Shown here: in pieces, positions 23,900 to 35,300 of the stretch
Layout of the letters: each line of letters starts with the position of its first letter
How positions within the stretch are numbered: position 1 is the first letter of the stretch
NCBI GenBank assembly: GCA_964036045.1
Contig: OZ038378.1
Span: forward strand, 166,284,001 to 166,348,000
Length of the DNA stretch: 64,000 nucleotides
Direction: 5' to 3'
DNA from: Eutreptiella sp. 'Long Island Sound 2002'
Taxonomy: Eukaryota; Protista; Euglenida
Made by a program: the position numbers and the translations under genes
Notes under the pieces: model-generated
The model's input: only the letters and a program-made list of their open reading frames with translations
Databases searched by the model: none
What the model was told of the DNA's origin: nothing

Positions 23900-25500
23900 T
23901 AGCTATTAAGCAATCCCCTGACGTTGAATGTCATCACCGTCATTGGGGTGGTAAGAATACGCTCATGCACCATTGGAGGTCGAGGCATGCCGACTATCGT
24001 TGTCAGACCGCTTTCGCTTTATTCGTTTAACATAGATGGGTCTTCGGAGTCGAGACTCATCGCATCATCCATTCCCTTAAGAGTCAACTTAGTAGGCTGG
24101 CCTTGTTGAGGGGGTGACTTGATCGCCGCCGAGACCATGTCTTTTTGCGCCACGTACTGAGACTCCGAGACAATTGTCACCAAATGCTTACCAATGACCC
24201 CATGAAACACCATGCCTGGAAGGGAGGCCAAGTCTTCCCATGTAATCCTCCAGGTAGCTGTCCGCATCTCTCCCATGTTGAACCTCATGCGATAAATAAA
24301 CACTTCCCTGTTTTTGGTGCACGAGGCGAATACCACTGCCGTGTCGGCGTGATCCCACCACGGAGGCACATTAACCGCAAACACATTCGTAACTTTGGAC
24401 TTGTTCCAATGTTCCGGCAGCGGGGGTCGTTTGTTGTCGTCAGCCGATAGGAATTCCCAGTTGCAATATCTTTGAAGAAAAGGCCCACAGACAACACAAG
24501 TTGAACATGCTAATTTTGGACAAATTCCCATCTCGACTCTGAGACATCCACAAGCATTTTCGAAGGTCCAAGAATTTGGATATGAATGATGGATTTATCA
24601 CTGAACACGCCTTCTGAAGGCCACAACATGGGGAGAAGACAAGAGAACATAAAGGGTGACCACACCGCTTTGAATGAAAATTTTAATAGAGGCTTTGAAC
24701 ACTCAATGCATGGACTTGATTCCATCACCCTGATACCATGTCACTGCAAGAATGGCGACGTATGATGCTGATCTGTGCGTGTCCGCCACAAGCTCCACTT
24801 CTTCTTTGGTCAGATTGGCAAAGAACATTTGCGAGTGCCGGGAGTCCGCACCTGGCATGACATGCTCCTCCAAGCGATTGCGTTGCAAGGTCGCCATCAC
24901 TGCATTGATGGAATCACGACAGATTTGGATCGCATATTGATTGGGTCGTATGGCGGGCTCCTTGAACACCCTCCTTTCTATGAAGTTGCATAAGTCGCAG
25001 CCGCTTGAACGAAGGAGAACTTCCCCTGAAACTCCGAGACTCCGGCGTAGAAGTGGCCACCCATACCTCGTATAAGGAATGGTCACGCAGATCCGTTACT
25101 TTCCCGTTGGTTAGCTGAATTTTGTCACAGGACATGGGCAAGTTGCCGGGTAGAAAGATAGCTCTCTCCAGAAACCCAAAAGACTGCACTGCAGAATAGA
25201 ACCCAAAAATAGGACAAGCCCAAAATTACCCAGAGTGGGCAAATCCGCCATGATAGGCTTGATATGAACCATGACCTGATCGTAGTCCTCGTACACGACA
25301 ACAAACAACCCGGATGGACTGGATCCATAAAACACAGACGGCAGCTGATCAACCAAGTTGCGCTCAGCGATGCCCTCATACTTCAAAAAGCTGGCGTTAG
25401 CGAAACCTTTAGACAACCATTGACACAATATAGTAAGCGTCAAGCATACCGAGATATATGAGCTAGTTACTTTGGGCAGACAGGATGCGTGCCTCGCCAT
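23900..25500 (-). pseudogene. Unidentified degraded coding sequence (colinear minus-strand ORFs 25111-25500, 24703-25086, 24019-24531)
   Basis: Three successive protein-like open frames separated by stops or shifts. No motif recognised. Confidence 0.3.
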
Positions 25501-26084
25501 CTAGGGCAAAGCGGGTGAAGTGCTCCCTGACACTCATTTGGTCGGTGGAGGCTGGTGTCAACAAGGGCTTATATGGGCACACGGGGCTTTTGCGGCCGCT
25601 GTGATCGTTGCCTTAGATTGACAATGTTGGTGTCAATGACCAATGCCAACCCCTGTGGGGATTGACAACATGGAGCAGAATAGCATTGAAAACAACTGAC
25701 ACTGCGAAAGCCACTAGGGAGGAGGGGGTTGTAGCTTTGCGTCAGCTGTGCCGCTGCGGAAGTCACATTACGCAGTGGGGCAGGCCACGTGCGCCCCAAT
25801 AGCACCAGAGCACACCACAGGGCCATCTAGAGCGTCCCCCACGGAGCAAGAGTTAGACCTCGCCCGCACCATTTATGTCCTCGTCGCCGCCAGCCTCCTC
25901 GGTGCTGTGCAACGACCTCCATGGTTCCTGCTTGGCCAGCAGCTGGCTGGAATCAAGGGATTCGCCTTTAGGCGAATCACAGGATTCACCCCATAATGCC
26001 ACTCACATGCACTTTCACTATAGAATCTTTTAAAGATTTTTGAGTTCTCAAACCCATCAGGCCACGTACGGAGATCCGTACAAA

Positions 26085-27250
26085 ATGTCCGCTATCAGCA
26101 TGGAGTCCGTCGCCTTCAAAGACTTCGTCTCTAAGGGCCAGTTCGAGGTCTACAAGAGCACCCTCCCCGCGGACCACTTGGCGAGAGCGGCGGTGGAAAC
26201 CATGCAGCGCATCAGAGACGCGGGTGTGGACCACGACAAATGGCTGGGGCACCTCAAGGTGGCCTCTGGCTGGGAAGAAGAACCGGTCAAACTCCTCCAC
26301 GCCATTGCTGGTTATGAGAGCTGCTGCCGATGCACAATTGAAGTCCACACAGGAGAATTCAAAGCAAAAAAGGAGACGGAGCTGGCAGTTAGCGAAGAGA
26401 TCAGGGCGCGCATCAAGTCGTTTTTGGAATCGCAATGGACCACCTTTGAAAAACTCTGCTCCAGCGCCGAAATCGCGAAGGCAGGCATGGCAGTGGCACA
26501 GCTGGCAGCAAAGCACCACCTGGCCATCCGAGAGCTTGCTGAGGGCATCCCAGAGACCTGGAAGGCGGAAGACCCCGAATTCGTGCTCAGGGCAATGGGG
26601 GCGCTGGCCCTCTTCGACAATTTCAAGTGGATCATCATTCGAGAAGGCCACAAGCTGAACCTGGTGACGGCCGATGCATCAGATGGCGGGAAACCAGACG
26701 CACCTGTGGACCCAGAGGAGCAGGAGATCTCAAAACAGATGGAGGCACTCAAAGTGAGACTGGAGCACAAGCGGAGGGCAAAAATCGTGCGCCCCCTGAC
26801 CCCTGCAGCGCTGGACGAGTTTGTTGAGGCCCCGGAAAATGCCCAATGGATGCGTGAAGCGACTGCTTCTTTGAAGAAGTTCCTGGAGTCCAACGAGGGG
26901 GACAAAGGGGAAACGCTGGCAAAGGAACTGTGGGAGGTGATGCTGGTCTCCAAGGACAGCTACAAGGAGAAATACCCCAGCGGGGGCCACGGTGTGACGG
27001 GTGGCTCACACAAGGGCACCGGGAAACAACCCCAATCCCGAGTTACGGCAAGATCTTCAAGGAGTTGGAAAGATTGGGAGCCCGAACGTGGATTGAAGCA
27101 ACCCGAAAAGGGAGATTCAGGTTCGCGGAATGAGAGAACATCACCTACTACTGCACTGCGAGAGGCGACAACGTGTATGACGTGGCAAAGGGCCCCCCAG
27201 GACCCGGTGGAAAATGTGGCAACAACCACTGCATATGGGACTGCGAAAGC
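26085..27250 (+). CDS. gag-like ORF1 of YR element 1 (frameshifted in its 3' third)
   Basis: 'MSAISMESVAFKDFVSKG...ARAAVETMQRIRDAG' is homologous to the family-2 ORF1. A knuckle remnant 'CGNNHCIWDC' at 27215 is in a different frame. Confidence 0.7.
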
Positions 27251-27487
27251 TGACTCCCCCCGGAAGGGGGGGGAGGGGGGGGCATGGCAGAGGGCAACCC
27301 AGGCCGGTTCGTTGGGGATGACGGAGGAGTGGAGGTGGAAAGCGAAGAGGACGAAATTCCCAGGGAGTGGCCTGCATACAGACGGGCGTATGCTGCATTG
27401 TGTTGAGCCAAGGCGGACAACAAGGACGGGATCCTGGGAAACAACTGGCAAAACCTCGCAAGCTCCTGTGGCACAACATCGCTGGGT

Positions 27488-28336
27488 ATGTACAAGACGG
27501 GCATGCGAAAACTCCGACAGACGCACATGGCCAGGCCGGAGTGGGGACCATATAAGATCGTGGGACAAGTCGTGTGTGATGCCATTCGAGAGGGAAAAGG
27601 CAGCAGCTCAGTCAAGACAATCCTCAATGCAGCTGCCATGGCATACACAATGGGGATGGTCGGCGAACTTGTTCCAAAAAGACTGTGGAGGGCGTTCAAG
27701 GCGGCACAACGAGAGAAGTCCACACAGGAGTGGGGCTGTTTTGAGGCACTGCAGATCATGGCACACCGGGCGGATTCAGAGCTGGAGTGGTGTGTGGTGG
27801 GACTCGCGGTACTGTCAACGCTGTTGGGCCTCAGAGTCGGCGAGGCGGCCAGCATCAGCTTCCACAAGTTGGGGGTTCCGGCAGGAACGGCGGAATTCTC
27901 TGACAGCAAAGTACACAGGGCTTGGATTATCCGTACGGTTTTAGGAGTGGCCCTCAAATGGATGCAGTTCTGCGCTCGGATTGCGCAAAGACGCTGGAAC
28001 CTCGACAAGTTCCAGCGGCTGGTCTCTGAGGACAAACTGCAAAACGTCATGGAAAACCTGTTGCGTGGATCCAAGTGGAAGGACCTCAGATGGCATGCAT
28101 GGTGACGCCTGGGACCAGCGAACATGTACAAGGCTGGGGGAAAGCTCCCAAGCATCAAAGCATGGTTCAGGTGGAGGAGCACAAGGACGGCAATGGCCTA
28201 CATCAATTGCCCACACCCAGGGCGCATCCGACACCCGTTCAAGGCACCTACCCCCCCCCCCCCCCGGTTACCTCAAGGGGAAACCATGGATTGCGGGAAC
28301 GACAACCAGGCGATGCACGGAATTCTGGGCACCTGA
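27488..28336 (+). pseudogene. Tyrosine recombinase of YR element 1, with an in-frame TGA in the HxxR motif
   Basis: 'LLGLRVGEA' (catalytic R), 'WHAW*RL' (TGA at 28103-28105; the homolog at ~35260 reads WHGWRRL), 'FRWRS' and 'AMAYI' (catalytic Y). Confidence 0.88.
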
Positions 28337-30450
28337 GGCCTACGATATCCCTGAGGGGGACACCCCGGAGAGCGACTCTGGGGATTCCACATGCACTGGA
28401 TCATCCTCGGACAACCCCTCACCTCGGAAGACCGACGGCAGGAGGGGTAAGAGGAGATGCAACACGTGAAGAGGCGGATGGCCGGACGGGCTATGGGGCA
28501 GTGGGGGAGGGCAGGGAGTCGGTGCATGTATTACCCGGCAACAAGGTGGATGGACAACACAAACCAAGAAGGATGAAATCGCTCATGGGTGTTGGAGGAG
28601 GGAGTGTAGCAGGAGCGTGGGTAACATATAAACGGGCGCGGTCATGTGCGTGGTCGGCATCGAGACGGGTTGAGCAGGTTTCTGATATCCCGCGGAATGA
28701 GCTTTTCCGGGCCACGCTTGCGGTAATCCTCCGAGCGCGGGAGCGCCTCAGAGATGTGGAAGCTGGACAGGCGCACCTGGAAAGAATCTTGAGTCACATG
28801 GATGCTCTGCACAAGCTTAATTGGGACTTACTGGGTCAAGACTACGACGGTTATGATGGAGATGGCCCGTCAGGAGGCATCTCAGAAGGAATGATTGCTG
28901 CGGGCTTTGGAGAGAGGGGCAGCCTGGATATCCCCTTGGATGTATGGAACGCGAACATCCCGAAGCGCCTCATCTGGGATATACAGAATTGGAAGTCGGG
29001 GCCGGATTGTGGGAGATTCGATGTGTGGCAACCGTCTTTACACACCAGGCGCATGATTGGAGTGCTGGTGGGTGATGGGTTCCTGTGTCGTGACCCCGGG
29101 TTTTTGGGAGCCCCTGAGTGGGAAGACCTCACGGACAATGTGTCGGCGTCCGTTAAACCCAAAATTGATGTGAAGTGCTCGTTCATCATTGACATGCGAA
29201 ATCTGAATGACTGCTCGAAGGTACCGTTGCGCAAGGTCAAGCTTCCGTCCATTCATACGGTCTTTCGGACCATCCAAAGGGAGATACACCAAGGAGCACC
29301 ATTGTGGGGCATCACCTTGGACATATCCAACTTCTACTGGAGCCTGCAAATCCCGGCTCAGCATAGGGGACTATTTCGCATACAAGGGGCACACTTCGAC
29401 TGCCTCCCGTTTGGGTGGAAATTTTCCCCAGTACTGGCACAGGACACGTTGGCGGCGTTGTTGAGGGAGTTCTTTGACAACCACGCGGTGGGGCTCGACA
29501 TCCATCGTTTCCACTATTTGGATGATATCCTGATCTTGTCACGTGACAGGGAGTGTATGGACAGTCTGGGTCCACAGTTGGGGGCATTCTTGACGGCGAA
29601 GGGTCTGCGTATCTCTACCAAATCTTGCCTCAAGCCACATCAGAATGTCCTGTGGCTGAGAAAAGTGTTCGACCTGGCTAAAGGGGAGGTGCGAAACACC
29701 GACAAGATGCTCACCAAGTGCTTGGGGATTGCCGTCAAAACGGCCTGCTCGCCTATATCTCCAAAGGTGGCGGAACGGGTCACGGGAATAATGCAATGGG
29801 TGTTTGGACCACGAAAGGGGGTCACCCTATTCCTACAGGGCTGGCATCGGTTCCGGTGGGGACATCATCGCTTTCAGCACCGCCCGAGCCCGGCCCTGAT
29901 ATCGGCGCTGTTCGATGCGCTGGCAATCTCATATGTACCAGCCACGGTTGACCCCATGCCTGGGCACTTTGGATTTGCACCATTCTTGTCGGTGGATGCA
30001 GCGGAAGCTACTGGAGGGTACCGCCTGGGTATCTGTGGACGAAATGGAGTCATGCGAACGCGAAAGGTCCCAGCCAAGAACCAACAACAGGCAGAGCTCA
30101 GCGGTGTCCTACATGCCTGTAGGTTTGCGGTGACGCAGAAGTGGCACAGGGTCTCCTTGTTTGTGGACAATACGGCGGTCTGCTACAGTGCGGCCAATAT
30201 GAGGGCGTCGACGAGGGCATGTACACAAGTGAAGATACTCTGTGCTCTTTCGAACTTGTTGTGGCACACGGGCATGGTCTTGAATGTTGTCTGGGTTGAT
30301 ACTGCGCGCATGCCTGCTGACGCTGTGTCCCGATTGCCAGATCTGACACCCGCAAGCATTACCAGGGGAAGGGTTGAGGCGGCAAACAAGTGGAGTGCGT
30401 TGTGCGGGGAGCTGCACCTTGTGCAGAGCTTTGGGTCAGTTCGTCTGTAG
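28075..30450 (+). CDS. Reverse transcriptase-RNase H (DIRS-type pol) of YR element 1; true start probably further downstream
   Basis: RT motifs 'ITLDISNFYWSL', 'LPFGWKFSPVLAQ' and 'HYLDDILIL'. RNase H motifs 'LSVDAA', 'QQAELSG', 'FVDNTAV' and 'MPADAVSR'. The frame is open. Confidence 0.92.
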   Translation: MEGPQMACMVTPGTSEHVQGWGKAPKHQSMVQVEEHKDGNGLHQLPTPRAHPTPVQGTYPPPPPVTSRGNHGLRERQPGDARNSGHLRPTISLRGTPRRATLGIPHALDHPRTTPHLGRPTAGGVRGDATREEADGRTGYGAVGEGRESVHVLPGNKVDGQHKPRRMKSLMGVGGGSVAGAWVTYKRARSCAWSASRRVEQVSDIPRNELFRATLAVILRARERLRDVEAGQAHLERILSHMDALHKLNWDLLGQDYDGYDGDGPSGGISEGMIAAGFGERGSLDIPLDVWNANIPKRLIWDIQNWKSGPDCGRFDVWQPSLHTRRMIGVLVGDGFLCRDPGFLGAPEWEDLTDNVSASVKPKIDVKCSFIIDMRNLNDCSKVPLRKVKLPSIHTVFRTIQREIHQGAPLWGITLDISNFYWSLQIPAQHRGLFRIQGAHFDCLPFGWKFSPVLAQDTLAALLREFFDNHAVGLDIHRFHYLDDILILSRDRECMDSLGPQLGAFLTAKGLRISTKSCLKPHQNVLWLRKVFDLAKGEVRNTDKMLTKCLGIAVKTACSPISPKVAERVTGIMQWVFGPRKGVTLFLQGWHRFRWGHHRFQHRPSPALISALFDALAISYVPATVDPMPGHFGFAPFLSVDAAEATGGYRLGICGRNGVMRTRKVPAKNQQQAELSGVLHACRFAVTQKWHRVSLFVDNTAVCYSAANMRASTRACTQVKILCALSNLLWHTGMVLNVVWVDTARMPADAVSRLPDLTPASITRGRVEAANKWSALCGELHLVQSFGSVRL

Positions 30451-31733
30451 AAGGGGGAAACAATCCTCGCATGGGCGATGGCTTGCGTGTCCCCTCTTTT
30501 ACTATAGTTGTCCCTGGCAACATGTCTGAGTGGGAAGACCCAAATGAGGAGGAGTTCCATGACGAGGAGAAGGTGGGATCGAGGCGCCCACGAGGATCAC
30601 GAGGCCCGGAGGGCAAACTGGCGCAGAAGGCGCGCACGGTGCGACGGAGGACTGAGAGAGCGGAATGACACCTCAATACAGCAAAGCCCAGATACCGGCT
30701 GGGGACGATGACCGAGTAGTCCTTCGAGCTAGTGCTGTGCCACCCAGTGCCAGAACGGGACCTCCACAACGCCTGGCAGACCTTGTGTGGTTGGATCACG
30801 CGCCGCGCCCCGGGCGCGGTATGCAATGGCACGAGTCGAGCCTGCTGAGAAGGGCAAAGACCAAACCCAACGTCACCTTTACCTTGTCCGCCACGAGCTG
30901 CGACTGGCGCCGGGAGTCAGCCTGGCGATGTCCTTCACCCACAATGCCACAGCCGTGCAAAGAGTCACCGTCAACGGCAAAGCTGACCTCATAAAGGATG
31001 TTTTCGAGCTTGTGAGGGACGATCTGGAACAAGAGGACTCCGACTGATGCGAGGCTGGCAAGGGGATGACTGTCACTCCTGCACAAGCCTTCCATGGCAT
31101 TCCAGAGTCAGAGTAAGGAAAGAGTAATGCTGCAGGGGGGGGGGGGGCGCATGTGTGCTGACAGCGCACCATTATGCCCAGGGTATATAAAGGGTAGCTC
31201 CCCTCGCATGTGCGATGGATGAGACAGCAGCGTCATGCTGCAGCGAACGAGCACGCCCACTTATATTGTCGCCACGAGAGACCCAGCGTGGCGTGGGGAG
31301 TCAGAGATGGACTACGGTGCCCTTCGGGCCTGGCGCGCCAGTGAAGGAGCAAGCATCAGTGTTGGTTTTGTGTTTGTGTATGTATGAGTTGTGGATGTCA
31401 GGAGGTAAGGGGGGAATCAAGGGATTCGCCTTTAGGCGAACCACGGGATTCACCCCATAATGCCACTCACATGCACTTTCACTATAGAATCTTTTAAAGA
31501 TTTTTGGGCCCGCCCACCCGCCCAGACACTTTACGCACACTTCAGTGACACCATAGATGACAATCATGGAGAAGTGTATCATAGAGCCACGGCACACAAG
31601 TCTACCGACGCCAGTGAAGGAGCAAGCATCAGTGTTGGTTTTGTGTTTGTGTATGTATGAGCTGTGGATGTCAGGAGGTAAGGGGGGAATCTTCCGCTTC
31701 CACTCGCGGACCGCGTATCACATGCACTCCGGG

Positions 31734-32031
31734 GTGATGGAGCACGTGCCCGAGTTTGTGTTGTGCTTGTGAGATTAGAATCTGGGAGGGAAATTCAGGG
31801 ATTTGCGGTAGAGAATCGCCAAATTTCCCATGCATGTCCATTATCTGATTTCAGAATATTTTTGTATTTGGGTGGTCACCGCCCGCCCGCCCGCCCTATA
31901 CAACGAGTTGTTTCATACACTCACGGACACTCACACAATACTGAACCCACATCCCACTAGCGGCAAGGGATGGAGCAGGTGCCTGAGTTTGCCTGGTGCT
32001 TGTGAGATCAGAACCCAGGCAGGGAAATCAG
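31734..32031 (+). mobile_element. 3' terminus (B1-A2-spacer-B2) of a YR family-2 element
   Basis: B 'GATGGAGCA.GTGCC.GAGTTTG...GGGAAAT(T)CAG' at 31734 and 31969, also at 60023. A 'TCAGGGATTTGCGGTAG...GGGTGGTCAC' at 31795 matches 11684 and 57305. Confidence 0.82.
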
Positions 32032-32781
32032 CGGAGTGGGGGCAGTTTCTTTTCCGGGAGAACGACTCCCGGATGCGACAGAAGGTATGGGTCATATGTG
32101 TAACCCAACAGACCACGGGGCAATGAAAACATGTGAACACTTGCCGCACTCACCCCACATGGGACCTTGTCGGTGCAGGTAGGTCAGAGCGGACTTCAGT
32201 AAAAATCACCTTACCACCTAGACCTCTGGGAGACTTCCCAATCAAAATCATGTAGTTGTGAGGTGAGTTTTCGGAGCAATGAGTACATTTCCCGTTTCAG
32301 CATTACCTCTAGTTCTCCCCTGGTTGTGACCAATTCCATCGCCGTTCTGGCTTCCGGATTGATGTGCAGGCGGATTGCGCCTCCAAATTATCCCCTCATG
32401 CGTCAGCTTCAGCGTCTCTAGGGCCTCGGCTCCACTTCTACCATGCGCGGGATGGCCAAGACCTTGAAGCACCGTCTCTCCTGTTGAGGGTTAGGCCTTT
32501 CATCATGCACCTTTGGTGGCATGACAACAAGGGACTTTAGCACGCGTGTGAAGACACGGGCATGTCGAACAAGGCTGTGGTAGAGTGGGCAGTTCCCCCC
32601 CCGGGCGTCGCCGCAAAACCCCGACGTGTGCTCACACCTGGGCAGAGCCCGTGTGGGTCAACTGACGGGCATTTGACATGAGGGATCCCCATGTAGCTTG
32701 AGTAAGGGATGTCGGGCTGGTCATGGGGGGTTCTGCAGTTCAGTTCTAGACACCAACCCCCGCGGCGTGGGGGGGGGGGGT

Positions 32782-32822
<41 letters not shown>

Positions 32823-32999
32823 CGAAAATTTTCTCCATTTTGGGGGCATTTTTGAAATCCCCATTTTATTCCAAGCAGTTTGAATGGACACAAGTGGGGT
32901 GAAATTTGGTTTTACCACTCACAACAAATGAAAAACACTACCATATTCCAACAGATGTACCTGTGAATCAGCAAAGACTTCCCGGCCAGTAGACGGTGC

Positions 33000-35300
33000 A
33001 GAGGGTGCTAACTGGTATGGGTTGGGCGGCCCAGAGGGGGGTGGGGTGGGGGAGAAGGGGGGGGGGGGGGGTGGTGTTAGGCCTCAGAGGTAAGCGCCCC
33101 CCCTTGGGGCTGGTGTCACTTAACCTGGAAACCGCATCTGCTGGCATCGGCTCCGACTGGACCCAAAACAGATGCAGCAGGTTCCCATGCCACCAGAGTC
33201 GACTGAAAATCCTATGTAGGATTTTGTTCAGGGTGACAGCCCTCGGCGTGGCAGATAGCTTTTTAACACTGGCAATAGCCGTAGCGTTATCGCCCACTGT
33301 GCTGGCAGAGCTCAAACCAAATCTTTCCCATCAGGCTGGTTGCGTACCCCATGCCCTGCAGTTCTCCTTACAGCTAATTTTGCAACATGATGGTTCGGGA
33401 CCTGAACGCTCCGTTTCTCCACGAAACCCACTCCCCCCCCCCCCCCCCCCCCCGCCTTTGCCACGTCTACCGCTACCCACAGTGAAAGCAGGGGGGGGGT
33501 TGGAGACCGTTCCATGTACAGGCACTGTCGCAATCAGGAACGCGCCCACCATGCTGAGGGTCATCATGCGTGAGGGTCCATGTGCAAACCTGAAGCCTGC
33601 AGTCTTCCTCCTGTACCAGCCAGGCATAAATGCAGTCACGCCCTGCCGGGGCCAAAACAGCCACTACAATCGGCCCGTTACCTTCTCCGCTCTCTTGGGC
33701 GTCAGGTTGGACACCGCGGCCCTTACCACCACCGCTAGCGCTTTGCGGACCGTTCCCGGCGTGTTGCGCACGGTCGCTCTAGCAAGGTCAAAAGTCTTAC
33801 CGATCCAGGTGACTAGCGCCGACAGCTCTGCTTTGGCTTTTGGTGCTTATTAGCAGGGATTTTGCCTATAGGAACTCGCACGGGCCACGTGTCACCACCC
33901 GCAATAAGTCCGTGTTTCGCGCCAAAAGCAAGATGTCATCCACATAGTGGAAATAGACCACCCCATTGCCTGAAAATCGGCCCATGTACTGTTCAATCAG
34001 GTCCCCCAAGGTGTCTTGGGCAATAAGGGGGGAGTAGTTCCATCCAAAAGGGAGTGAGTGGAATTCTGCACCTTCCAAACGGAACAAGTCCCTCATTTCT
34101 ACCAGCATCCTCAACGACCAATAGAAGTTCGTCAGGTCAATGGTGGTTCCAAAAACGGGTCCGTTGCGCCTCATCTCTTCTATTTTTGTGAAGATTTCCG
34201 CTACCGTCGGGAGTGGGGACCTACGCGGCTTGATTGTGCACTCGTCGATCACGTCGCTCATGTCCACGATGAAAGCGCATTTTTGCAAGTTCTTGGGCTT
34301 AGCGAAGGCGTAGCAGTTGCTGTCCTTGCCGCTTGTAGGTGCATGGAGGAGGCCATCTCATAATAGCGCCTTGCAAGACAGTTTGCACAAATCCGTCAAG
34401 GGGTGGACTGGGAACTTGGACGTTTCCGCTTTCCAGTTTCGCATGTGGGTGATCACTTCCAATGGGACATGGTCGTTCCAGATCTTCAGGGGCACGTCAT
34501 AAATTCCTGCATTCGCCATGTCCTCGGAGACGACTCCTTCCCGCGGTCCCCCATCGTATCCATCATAATCATTGTCCAACAGGTCCCAATCTACAGTGGG
34601 CAGTTGCTCGAAGGCATCAACGAGCATGGTCATCCACGGTCCCTTTGTGTGATACTCGTAGAGCCGCTTGCGTGCTCCAAGTAAGATCGGTTGTACCGCC
34701 CGAAAGGCCTCTGGGCCGGACACCTTCAGTCCATTCGCCACCCCACGCGAAACTTTCCACGCCAAGGCTCTGCACTGTTTAACGAAGCCAAACCTGGCGG
34801 TCACTGGATGGGTCCAGGAAGGCGTTCAATTTTTCCGGGAGCTGCGAGCCATCAAGGCTACGCCCAACCACATTAGGCTCTGGCCCCTTGACGGCGCTTT
34901 TTCGTCGGTACACGTCTTCGGGGTCGGGCCAAGGTGTCACTGCCCCCCGAGGCACTTGCGCTGCACCCGCCACTGTCGTTGCTGTCATCGCTGTCGCTGA
35001 GGATGCCGGTAGGGAAAAACCCTGCCGGCCAAACATCGCGGACCTCGAGTCTGGAAGATTTGTCGGCGAACATGTCCTTGCTGACGGGATTTGGGGCTCT
35101 GGGCCCGTCCGAGACAAGTTTGCTGGTCCCTTCTTCCGGGCACTCCGCGTACCCGCGAGCCATTTGGGTTGATCTCCATGTGCACCATGACTTGATGCTG
35201 GGCATGGGGGTTCCAGCCTGGTACAGTGTTGCTGCGCAGAGTCTACGCCACCCGTGCCAGCCGTGGTACCACCGGGGGCTAGGAGGGGTCCTCAGTACCA
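33000..35300 (-). mobile_element. YR retrotransposon family 3 fragment (YR C-terminus, RT, RNase H), degenerate
   Basis: YR 'WHGWRRLCAATLYQAG...WCTWRSTQMARGY'. RT 'TIDLTNFYWSL..LPFGWNYSPLIAQ..HYVDDILL'. RNase H 'VGDNATAI..EPMPADAVSR'. Homologous to element 1 and in the same gene order. Confidence 0.9.

Larger units (their letters stand above)
25949..31691 (+). mobile_element. Full-length tyrosine-recombinase retrotransposon (family 1), gag-YR-RT/RNase H, with split direct repeats A1...B1-A2-spacer-B2
   Basis: A1 25949-26042 matches A2 31413-31506 (94 bp, 2 mismatches). B1 31336-31418 matches B2 31609-31691 (83 bp, 1 mismatch). It contains gag-like, YR and pol ORFs. Confidence 0.93.

Noticed and set aside
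26040-27944. 634-aa ORF as one protein
   Set aside because: Only the first ~310 aa align with the family-2 gag. The rest is off-frame readthrough over the knuckle and YR regions.
32765-32822. Long poly-G tracts (also poly-C/G runs elsewhere) as G4 or proline-rich ORF signals
   Set aside because: Simple homopolymers whose lengths are unreliable; the poly-Pro and poly-Gly ORFs are artefacts.
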